Assembly: GCA_051744825.1 (NCBI GenBank)
Contig: JBNJDL010000002.1
Span: 1-50,527 of the forward strand
Direction: 5' to 3'
Source of the DNA: Bacillota bacterium
Lineage (GTDB): Bacteria; Bacillota; Halanaerobiia; Halanaerobiales; DATFIM01
Length of the DNA: 50,527 nucleotides
Shown here: positions 1 through 6,400 of the stretch, piece by piece
Layout of the letters: the number at the start of each line of letters is the position of its first letter
Position numbering within the stretch: the first letter of the stretch is position 1
The notes under the pieces: model-generated
What the model saw: the letters and a program-made list of their open reading frames with translations, nothing else
Told to the model about the DNA's origin: nothing
Databases searched by the model: none
Program-made: the position numbers and the translations under genes

Positions 1-248
1 AGTTTGACTCAAAAGGTAGAAAAGGTGATGGCGTATCATTTGAAAAATATTTAACTAGCAGATGTATAAGTACAGAAACTAATAGATTTATGAAAAAAAG
101 ATTAAAAAACATTCAAAAAGAAGTTAATAAAAAAGTTGAAAATGTATTTGAAACAAAAGTTGAAAGTGCTATATCAGAAGTTGCTTTAGGAGTTTTAAAA
201 TCTAATTCTACTTACAATGAAGCTAAGAAAAAATTATTAGGTGATTAA
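1..248 (+). CDS. 3' end of an upstream CDS (partial; reading frame starts at nt 3)
   Basis: Frame is open from the window edge to TAA at 246-248 (...NEAKKKLLGD*). Hand-translated. K/E-rich with no recognisable motif. Confidence 0.45.
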   Translation, partial: FDSKGRKGDGVSFEKYLTSRCISTETNRFMKKRLKNIQKEVNKKVENVFETKVESAISEVALGVLKSNSTYNEAKKKLLGD

Positions 249-250
249 TA

Positions 251-448
251 ATGGAAAAAGATTTAGACCGTTTTAGACCAAACAATCATTTTGCATTATA
301 CAAAGGTGATAAATTAATAACCATAGGTAATATATGGGATATAGCAGAACATCAAGGTGTTAAGGTATCAACTGCAAAAGTTTGGGCAATGAAAAGTCAT
401 AGAGAACGTGCAACTTGGGGAATGAAAGTTTTAATACCTTGTGATTAA
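251..448 (+). CDS. hypothetical protein (65 aa)
   Basis: ORF track. AGGTGA RBS upstream. Tightly tiled with its neighbours. Confidence 0.55.
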   Translation: MEKDLDRFRPNNHFALYKGDKLITIGNIWDIAEHQGVKVSTAKVWAMKSHRERATWGMKVLIPCD

Positions 449-462
449 AAAAAGGAGGACGA

Positions 463-648
463 ATGCAAAAAGAAGTATATAAAATAAAAATATCACCTAA
501 TAAAAAAACAAAATATTCAATTGGAAAAGATGGAGTAACAGCTATAAGCCAAAAAAATAACAAAAATCATGTTATACACTTCAAAAAAATAGGAATTGAA
601 ATTGAAATAGATTACCCAAAATACATTTACAGAAAGGTGAAAAAATGA
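463..648 (+). CDS. hypothetical basic protein (61 aa)
   Basis: AGGAGG RBS 5 nt upstream of the ATG. Stop overlaps the next start (ATGA). Confidence 0.55.
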   Translation: MQKEVYKIKISPNKKTKYSIGKDGVTAISQKNNKNHVIHFKKIGIEIEIDYPKYIYRKVKK

Positions 649-932
649 AAGATATATTATATTTGGGGATAATATTAGTTTTAATAACAATGTTAATTAT
701 ATCATCTACTCAAAATGAAAGGTTAGAAAATGTGCAGGAGTTAATTAGTTTTAACAAAACTGCATTAGAAAATTTGAATTTGAAATATAAAAATATAACA
801 AAAAAGCAACAAAAAATATTGGAAGAACAAGATGTTCTGATTAAAAAACAACAAAAAATAATAGATGATAAAACAAAAGAGTTAAAAGAGCTAAAAAGTC
901 AATATTTAAAATTAGTAAATGAATTGGAATAA
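645..932 (+). CDS. hypothetical N-terminally membrane-anchored coiled-coil protein
   Basis: Hydrophobic N-terminus ILYLGIILVLITMLIISS followed by a K/E/Q heptad-like region. AAAGGTGA RBS. Confidence 0.55.
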   Translation: MKDILYLGIILVLITMLIISSTQNERLENVQELISFNKTALENLNLKYKNITKKQQKILEEQDVLIKKQQKIIDDKTKELKELKSQYLKLVNELE

Positions 933-952
933 TAGTAGAAAGGAAAATTATA

Positions 953-1108
953 ATGGGCGGACAGCTAGCACAAACTATGGCAATGGATAATGGTAAAAAA
1001 ATTAAAAGATTATATAAAGAAATAGATGAATTAAAAAAAGAAAACATTGATTTAAAATATAGAGTTATTCATTTAGAAACTGAAGTTAAAGGACTTAAAT
1101 TTGATTAA
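953..1108 (+). CDS. small coiled-coil protein (51 aa, hand-translated, below the ORF-track cutoff)
   Basis: ATG at 953 preceded by GAAAGGAAA. Sequence MGGQLAQTMAMDNGKKIKRLYKEIDELKKENIDLKYRVIHLETEVKGLKFD*. Confidence 0.4.
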   Translation: MGGQLAQTMAMDNGKKIKRLYKEIDELKKENIDLKYRVIHLETEVKGLKFD

Positions 1109-1472
1109 GAGGGTGATAAATATTAAGTTTAAAATTCATGAAGAAGTTACTGGTGAAATATCATTAAATAAATTTTATGAAGGCATGCATTGGGCAAAAA
1201 GAAAAGAAATTGCAGATTATTGGCACATGCTAACAAAAGCTGAATTATCTAATGCTAACATCAAAAGAGAATTTATTCAAAAACCTGTAGATATTATAAT
1301 AAGAGCTGATTCTAATCTAGATGCAGATAATCACGGTGCATTAATCAAATTGATTATTGATGGTATGTGTGGTTTCATTTTGAAGGAAGATGATAAAAGA
1401 TATATCAAATCGGTTAAGTTTGAATTTTATGATGAAGAAGGTATAGAAGTTGAATTGAAAAAAAGGGGTTAA
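1101..1472 (+). CDS. rusA: RusA-family Holliday-junction resolvase-like protein
   Basis: SLNKFYEGMHWAKRKEIADYW, LDADNHGALIKLIIDGM and LKEDDKRYI fit the RusA pattern (N..hW..r, D-x-D-N, DD). The start codon is uncertain (TTG 1101 or GTG 1113). Confidence 0.65.
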   Translation: MIKRVINIKFKIHEEVTGEISLNKFYEGMHWAKRKEIADYWHMLTKAELSNANIKREFIQKPVDIIIRADSNLDADNHGALIKLIIDGMCGFILKEDDKRYIKSVKFEFYDEEGIEVELKKRG

Positions 1473-1474
1473 AA

Positions 1475-2173
1475 ATGACTGAAGAAAAATTAGAATATAA
1501 GGTTAAAAATGAATCTAAAAAAAGTGATACAACTGCTGAAGGTGTATATATCAAAGTAGATGAAATTGATGAAGTTGGGGGTATCGGAACGAAACGCAAA
1601 GAAAAAATAGTTAATTATTTCAAAAAAAATAAAAACAATGATAAAAACCTGCCTACATATGCTAATAGAACTCAAAAGAATCAAATATTCATGGTCGGTG
1701 CTATAGAACAAGTTGCTTTGGCTACAAAAAAAGAGCTGAAAAGATATAATCAAAATGAAAGATTAATTAATTTGCTCGATATGATTGTATACGGCACTAA
1801 TCAATTCATAGGACATTATACAAAAAAAATGGACGGTAAATCAAAAGAATCTATTATAAATACAGCTAAGACTTTTACCCTTGATATGGTATTGAGAAAA
1901 GAATATAAAAGAAAGTATGAAAAAAATGAAAGAGATGCCAAAAAACAAAATAAAATAATAATGAATGAAGAACAAGGAGAAACATTACTTGAATTGTGTG
2001 AAGCAAGTTGTAGTGTTTGCACAGAATCAGGCGATGGTTGTAAATTTAAAAAATTATTATTAGATTTAGATGCTGAAGTTAAAAATACAAATCCTGAAGA
2101 TGGTGAATGTGTTTTCCGTTACAAAAGAAAGGGGAAAGATGAAATTAAAAACATACTTGAAGGAGAGAAATAA
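1475..2173 (+). CDS. hypothetical protein with a Cys-rich C-terminus
   Basis: AAGGGG RBS. C-terminal CEASCSVCTESGDGC...GECVF may bind metal. Confidence 0.6.
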   Translation: MTEEKLEYKVKNESKKSDTTAEGVYIKVDEIDEVGGIGTKRKEKIVNYFKKNKNNDKNLPTYANRTQKNQIFMVGAIEQVALATKKELKRYNQNERLINLLDMIVYGTNQFIGHYTKKMDGKSKESIINTAKTFTLDMVLRKEYKRKYEKNERDAKKQNKIIMNEEQGETLLELCEASCSVCTESGDGCKFKKLLLDLDAEVKNTNPEDGECVFRYKRKGKDEIKNILEGEK

Positions 2174-2633
2174 AACGGATATAGCTAAAAGTGATGATGA
2201 TGTAAAAAATATATTGCATATGGTTATTGGTCTTATTACAGAAATTGATGAAGTTATAAACTGTAAAAGCTATGATTTGAGCAATGAAGTTGGTGACTTG
2301 TTGTGGTATCTATATAAACCTTTAGGACTCAATAATAAAATTTTTTCAACTTCTAACCGTTTCAATAAAATACATGATTTATATTGTGAATATAGTTTGA
2401 AAGAATTAAAAATAAAAAGTTTAGATTCTTATAAGAAGGTTAAATATCAAAACGATAGTATAGATTATGTTAGGTCTGACGGTCATTCACACTTAGAAAT
2501 ATTTTCTTTGCTTATGCAAGCATGTTATAATATAGCACAAGACAAAATTAAAGCATTTGGAGTGAGCGAAGAACACATATTAGAATCTAATATTTCAAAA
2601 ATAAAAAAGGAAGGAAAATTCTATGAAAAATAA
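2139..2633 (+). CDS. MazG-like nucleotide pyrophosphohydrolase (paralog 1)
   Basis: LITEIDEV...EVGDLLWYL matches the MazG EExxE/D...E.gDllwy helix pair. I prefer ATG 2139 (RBS AAAGGGGAAAG) over the track start at 2070. Confidence 0.55.
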   Translation: MKLKTYLKERNKTDIAKSDDDVKNILHMVIGLITEIDEVINCKSYDLSNEVGDLLWYLYKPLGLNNKIFSTSNRFNKIHDLYCEYSLKELKIKSLDSYKKVKYQNDSIDYVRSDGHSHLEIFSLLMQACYNIAQDKIKAFGVSEEHILESNISKIKKEGKFYEK

Positions 2634-3093
2634 TAATTTGATTACTGATGCAATTATTAATCTCTGTATAACAGAAGAAATACAACAATATAAACCTGAT
2701 AAAATACAAGATGGTGATTTGTATTTCGATGGTGAGAAAATCCATGTAATAGCTGAAGATTTCTTAGGCATCGGTGAATGGACTGGTGTAAAAAATGCAT
2801 TAGAAATTGCTATCAAAGAAGATGGTGAAGATGTTGGTAAGGTTAGATATAACATAAGGACATTAAAAGATGCTGTTTGGATTCCTACCATACAACAGTT
2901 GATAGATATGTTGGAAGATGAATCGTCTGTAACTATATTACAAAGTCTATCCAACTCGATTCAAGAATATAAAATATATGATGAAACTAAAGAATCTTTT
3001 CATGCTGATTTGATAAAATATATTTGCTTGGAAAAATTTGGAATGACTTTTTGGAAAGGGGATTTGATTAAAAATGGGCAAATTATTAAATAA
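2623..3093 (+). CDS. hypothetical protein (156 aa)
   Basis: GGAAGGAAA RBS. Tiled ORF. Confidence 0.6.
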   Translation: MKNNNLITDAIINLCITEEIQQYKPDKIQDGDLYFDGEKIHVIAEDFLGIGEWTGVKNALEIAIKEDGEDVGKVRYNIRTLKDAVWIPTIQQLIDMLEDESSVTILQSLSNSIQEYKIYDETKESFHADLIKYICLEKFGMTFWKGDLIKNGQIIK

Positions 3094-3355
3094 AGATGGT
3101 AAAAAAATAAACAAAAATAAAAGGAAATGGAAAAATATATTTGTTCTAAAAAGTATCCCACATACAATGTATAGTGATGAACCAACTTGGTCTATTGATT
3201 TTCCTGATGTTGAATTCACGAAAGAAGAAATTTCTACTTTGGAAAGATGTTCTATATTGCTTAGTAATACATTAATTAATGCAATGACTAGGCATGAAAT
3301 AAATAAACAGCGTGATGATATATCAAATGTTGATGTTAACAAATTGAAAAAATAA
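3074..3355 (+). CDS. hypothetical basic protein (93 aa)
   Basis: ORF track. Last plus-strand gene before the bidirectional terminator. Confidence 0.5.
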   Translation: MGKLLNKDGKKINKNKRKWKNIFVLKSIPHTMYSDEPTWSIDFPDVEFTKEEISTLERCSILLSNTLINAMTRHEINKQRDDISNVDVNKLKK

Positions 3356-3372
3356 AAAAAGTGTGATATAAT
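3344..3372 (+). promoter_or_regulatory. candidate sigma70 promoter (TTGAAA, 17 nt spacer, TG-n-TATAAT)
   Basis: TTGAAA at 3344-3349, 17-nt spacer, extended -10 TGATATAAT at 3364-3372. The AT-rich background raises the chance this is a false positive. Confidence 0.3.
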
Positions 3373-3421
3373 ATATTTGATAATTCATTGTTAAACCCTT
3401 GAATTCTAACCCACAAAAATA

Positions 3422-3452
3422 CCCGCTTATTTAGCGGGCTTTTTGTTTTTTT
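3422..3452. terminator. bidirectional rho-independent terminator
   Basis: CCCGCT (3422-3427) pairs with AGCGGG (3433-3438) around a 5-nt loop. It is flanked by a T-run on the plus strand (3440-3452) and an A-run that reads as a U-run on the minus strand. It sits between the convergent gene sets. Confidence 0.65.
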
Positions 3453-3813
3453 GAGCATTACGTGTTAATGCTCGAAGTAGCCACGGTTCGGTTAATCTGA
3501 TACCATTTCGTGGCTTAATAATGATTGCTCCTAACTCCTCAAGGTCTTGCACTACATACCTTGTTTGCCTGTAATTCATGTCGAATACTTCTGACATTCT
3601 TCTTATTGAGGGAAATTTGAATTCTTGTCGGTAACAATCCATTATATATTGCAAAAATTGTCTTTGTTTCGGCTCAAGCTTATCAAAACCACGAAGCGTA
3701 CCGCTCCATCTTTTTTCTTTGTATAAGCTTAAACCGTCACGATAATAATCTGCTTTTTCTTCCCGTGGGTCTGTAGTTGCTTTTGTTTTATACCATTCTT
3801 TGCCTTTTCCCAT
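3427..3813 (-). CDS. LexA-N-terminal-like winged-helix DNA-binding protein (no peptidase domain)
   Basis: LEPKQRQFLQYIMDCYRQEFKFPSIRRMSEVFDMNYRQTRYVVQDLEELGAIIIKPRNGIRL resembles the LexA DNA-binding domain pattern (Lt.rQ..vl.fi...g.pPS.rE......s......l..Le..G.i....R.i.l). Only 128 aa long. Confidence 0.55.
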   Translation of the reverse strand: MGKGKEWYKTKATTDPREEKADYYRDGLSLYKEKRWSGTLRGFDKLEPKQRQFLQYIMDCYRQEFKFPSIRRMSEVFDMNYRQTRYVVQDLEELGAIIIKPRNGIRLTEPWLLRALTRNAQKNKKPAK

Positions 3814-3814
3814 A

Positions 3815-3967
3815 TTAAGACTCCTTTCTTTTGATTATTTTCAGATATTCTAAATCAACATTTTCTTGAACACTTGCTATACATAATGCTTCATATTCTG
3901 ATTCAGCTTCAATCTCAATAGTGTAGCTCCAGTTTGTAGGCTGTACACCTATTACATAAATCATCAT
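3815..3967 (-). CDS. small acidic protein (50 aa, hand-translated)
   Basis: MMIYVIGVQPTNWSYTIEIEAESEYEALCIASVQENVDLEYLKIIKRKES*. GAAAGGA RBS. Start overlaps the upstream stop (ATGA). Stop lies 1 nt before the next ATG. Confidence 0.45.
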   Translation of the reverse strand: MMIYVIGVQPTNWSYTIEIEAESEYEALCIASVQENVDLEYLKIIKRKES

Positions 3968-4110
3968 AACCAATCCTTTCTGTATTCTCTAACAACTTTT
4001 TTGATAAATGGAATCATCTCAATGATTATCCCACCTAAAATTACTATTGCAAATATATATAGAAAAGGCATACCGTCAAAAGCATATGCCCAAAATTCGA
4101 AAAAACCCAT
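3964..4110 (-). CDS. small membrane protein (48 aa, hand-translated)
   Basis: MGFFEFWAYAFDGMPFLYIFAIVILGGIIIEMIPFIKKVVREYRKDWL*. GAAGGAG RBS. One clear TM helix. Confidence 0.5.
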   Translation of the reverse strand: MGFFEFWAYAFDGMPFLYIFAIVILGGIIIEMIPFIKKVVREYRKDWL

Positions 4111-4139
4111 AAAATCACTCCTTCAACTACCTATTTTAC

Positions 4140-4388
4140 CTATTTGAAAATGTGTCTTTCTTTCAATTCTTTGTATTGATTGATAATACCAACAATCGAA
4201 AGTGATATTATCAAACTGGGAACGCCATATATTGCATATAGCTTTTTCCCTAGTTTTCTTCTTTTTTTCATTTTTGCCACAAAAATTTCTTGTGGCGATT
4301 GATACTTGTTTTTTAGAATATCAATTGTTTCCATTCCAATTCTATATAAATAGAAATTAATACTTATTATTATTATTATACCTTTCAT
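4140..4388 (-). CDS. small membrane protein (82 aa)
   Basis: AGGAGGGAA RBS. Hydrophobic N-terminus plus the VPSLIISLSIVGII segment. Confidence 0.55.
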   Translation of the reverse strand: MKGIIIIISINFYLYRIGMETIDILKNKYQSPQEIFVAKMKKRRKLGKKLYAIYGVPSLIISLSIVGIINQYKELKERHIFK

Positions 4389-4397
4389 AATTCCCTC

Positions 4398-4739
4398 CTA
4401 AAATTCTTTGATTTCAAAATCTAAAAATTCACCATTTTTGAAAACGATGTGTATATTATCGTCTTCAATGTTAATTCTTTCAATTTTTGGTGATATACTA
4501 TTAATTCTTATTCCACTTTCATGCAAGACTATGATTAATAATTCATCATAATCTAAGCCGTGCAATACATCACCATCAAGATGTAACTCCATTAGTTCTA
4601 ATATGGTATCTTTGCGAGCTAAATCAATAGTTATATCCATATCATCAAGTTCTAGGAAATGTCCTAAAAATGTTTCATCTTCGTCAACAAAGTTAATCTT
4701 TTCATCTTTTTTATCCCACTCAAACATAAATCTTTTCAT
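4398..4739 (-). CDS. hypothetical acidic protein (113 aa)
   Basis: AAGGAG RBS supplied by the 3' tail of ribozyme-like element A. D/E-rich. Confidence 0.65.
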   Translation of the reverse strand: MKRFMFEWDKKDEKINFVDEDETFLGHFLELDDMDITIDLARKDTILELMELHLDGDVLHGLDYDELLIIVLHESGIRINSISPKIERINIEDDNIHIVFKNGEFLDFEIKEF

Positions 4740-4833
4740 AAAAACACTCCTTGTATTCTAATTTTCTGATAGGCTATCTCATCAGTAGCGATTACCCAAT
4801 ATCGCTAGACTCCCAATTAAGGGAGTTTCGAAT
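4740..4833 (-). ncRNA. hammerhead-ribozyme-like element A (type II topology)
   Basis: Minus-strand RNA: AUUC GAAAC-UCCC-UUAAUU-GGGA-GUC^UAGCGAU-AUUGGGUA-AUCGCUA-CUGAUGAG-AUAGCCUAUCAG...AAGGAG. The GAAA, CUGAUGA and GUC cores are all in canonical order, with a 6-bp stem III and a 7-bp stem I. Predicted cleavage lies between plus coordinates 4808 and 4807. Confidence 0.7.
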
Positions 4834-5364
4834 TTAATCTTCAAAATTATCTAATTTAAATTCGTAAAAATTTTTGAATTCCTGCATTTTGCTTGCTATT
4901 GCAGGATATTCATTTTGAAATTTAATTGCTTTTTTGTATATTTTTTTCATTTCTTTCATCGCTTCGTCAAATTTTTCTAAAGCTATACTTTTCTGCTTTA
5001 GGTTTCTTTTTACCGCTTCAATATATTTTTTTACATCTTTTTGAAATTCATCTGCGGGAAAATCCCCGTTTTCATCTGCGACATTAAAGAATACTATGTT
5101 GCATCTTCCAAATTCATTGCCGTATTCAGTATCAAATTCCATTCTTTTTGTATTCTTAATTGCAATATTATCTTTATATACATCATTGATATATAGGTCA
5201 TCATCAATCTTTTTTAATCTTTTCTCAAACCAACGATTTATGCTTTTTCCGTCATAGTCAGCAAGTTTATCATCAAACTCCTCTCTTATTTTTTCAAGCA
5301 ATTCTAAATCCATTTTTAAAACTTTAAATTCTTTTTCAATTTTCCATTTAATATCTTTTTTCAT
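4834..5364 (-). CDS. hypothetical protein (176 aa)
   Basis: ORF track. RBS lies in the tail of element B. Stop abuts element A. Confidence 0.65.
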   Translation of the reverse strand: MKKDIKWKIEKEFKVLKMDLELLEKIREEFDDKLADYDGKSINRWFEKRLKKIDDDLYINDVYKDNIAIKNTKRMEFDTEYGNEFGRCNIVFFNVADENGDFPADEFQKDVKKYIEAVKRNLKQKSIALEKFDEAMKEMKKIYKKAIKFQNEYPAIASKMQEFKNFYEFKLDNFED

Positions 5365-5461
5365 AAAAACACTCCTTAAAATTCTATTTCCGATAAGGCT
5401 ATCTCATCAGCACAGGATACCCAATTCCTGCAGACTACCCAACAAGGGCAGTTTCGAATTC
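5365..5461 (-). ncRNA. hammerhead-ribozyme-like element B (type II topology)
   Basis: AAUUC GAAAC-UGCCC-UUGUU-GGGUA-GUC^UGCAGGA-AUUGGGUA-UCCUGUG-CUGAUGAG-AUAGCCUUAUCGG...AAGGAG. The stems differ in sequence from element A but keep pairing, including G-U wobbles. Predicted cleavage between 5433 and 5432. Confidence 0.7.
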
Positions 5462-5800
5462 TTAGACTAGTTGCCAGCCAGTCTTAGCAACTTTGTGTAT
5501 TACCTTGCCATTAGGCAATTCAACTTTTTTCCGATTGTCATTGTGGAAAATCTTAACTTCCACGTAATAATCAGAATGCAATTTTCCAAGTTGCATTACC
5601 ATGTATGGTACTGGTGATGCCATGACAACTGTACCGTCAAATAACGTTAGTTCTGATATTATGCTTTCCATTTCGTCGATATTCCAACCTGATGCTGGTA
5701 CTTCTTTTGTTTCCCAACTATCAAAGTTAGAATTAAGAATTTGTTCTTGTTCTTCCATAAGTGTGTGTTGCTCATTGATTATAACTATAGATTTTTTCAT
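5462..5800 (-). CDS. hypothetical protein (112 aa)
   Basis: ORF track. Flanked by elements B and C. Confidence 0.65.
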   Translation of the reverse strand: MKKSIVIINEQHTLMEEQEQILNSNFDSWETKEVPASGWNIDEMESIISELTLFDGTVVMASPVPYMVMQLGKLHSDYYVEVKIFHNDNRKKVELPNGKVIHKVAKTGWQLV

Positions 5801-5894
5801 AATATCACTCCTTGTATTCTAATTTTCTGATAGGCTATCATCATCAGCGATGGTTACCCAATACCATCGGACTGGGAAAAACCCCAGTTTCGAA
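5801..5894 (-). ncRNA. hammerhead-ribozyme-like element C (variant with an extra U after CUGAUGA)
   Basis: AAUUC GAAAC-UGGG-GUUUUU-CCCA-GUC^CGAUGGU-AUUGGGUA-ACCAUCG-CUGAUGA-U-GAUAGCCUAUCAG. Stems I and III are perfect. A one-nucleotide insertion sits at the core/stem II junction. Predicted cleavage between 5870 and 5869. Confidence 0.55.
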
Positions 5895-6308
5895 TTATTT
5901 TAATTTTTCTATTCTTATTTGGTGGTATTTTGCTTCCATTGCATCAATATCCAACTTGCCGTCAATCCCTGCGAAGTAACCGAAAGGGATATCTTTTTTC
6001 CAAAGCATTCTTTCGTACTTATCGAAACTCGAAAGAGCTTCTTCTAAGTCGTCAGCACACTCAACAAAATAGTCAAGTGCTTGACGGTCGTAAGAAGAAA
6101 GTACTTCGTCAAAACTCATATGCACTTCGCCGTCATTGCAATCGAAGATTGTAACGTATCCATCGCGAAAAACTAATGTAACTGTTTCGCTTGGCTTGTG
6201 ATTATATCCTTCTTCTTCAAGATACTTAACTAAGTCAATCCCTAAGTATCTATATGCTTCCTTAACTTCAACTTCTACATCTTCAATTTCTTCTGTTAAT
6301 TTAATCAT
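5895..6308 (-). CDS. hypothetical strongly acidic protein (137 aa)
   Basis: ORF track. By hand count about 33 D/E against about 16 K/R. Flanked by elements C and D. Confidence 0.65.
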   Translation of the reverse strand: MIKLTEEIEDVEVEVKEAYRYLGIDLVKYLEEEGYNHKPSETVTLVFRDGYVTIFDCNDGEVHMSFDEVLSSYDRQALDYFVECADDLEEALSSFDKYERMLWKKDIPFGYFAGIDGKLDIDAMEAKYHQIRIEKLK

Positions 6309-6400
6309 AGTAACAACTCCTTAAAATTCTATTGCTGATGGGCTATCTCATCAGTAACGACTACCCAATATCGTTAGACTGGGAAAACCCCAGTTTCGAA
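6309..6400 (-). ncRNA. hammerhead-ribozyme-like element D (type II topology)
   Basis: AAUUC GAAAC-UGGG-GUUUU-CCCA-GUC^UAACGAU-AUUGGGUA-GUCGUUA-CUGAUGAG-AUAGCCCAUCAG...AAGGAG. Predicted cleavage between 6377 and 6376. Confidence 0.7.

Noticed and set aside
4740-4785. An alternative hammerhead reading. In this reading GAUA-GCC-UAUC after CUGAUGA forms a closed stem II, and the downstream AGAAAA supplies the GAAA box (type III-like).
   Set aside because: It needs an extra nucleotide between C11.1 and G12. The box is GCAA in copy D and is followed by U, not A, in copy B. The would-be stem III pairing with GGGAGUC is poor. The upstream CGAAAC plus the co-varying hairpin fits the canonical core exactly.
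4740-6400. Four ~92-97-nt direct repeats at regular intervals could look like a CRISPR array or an integron-like attC series.
   Set aside because: The 'spacers' are 339-531-bp protein-coding ORFs, each with its own RBS. The repeats are about three times longer than CRISPR repeats. The repeats also contain the ordered hammerhead core with co-varying stems. No cas or integrase gene is present.
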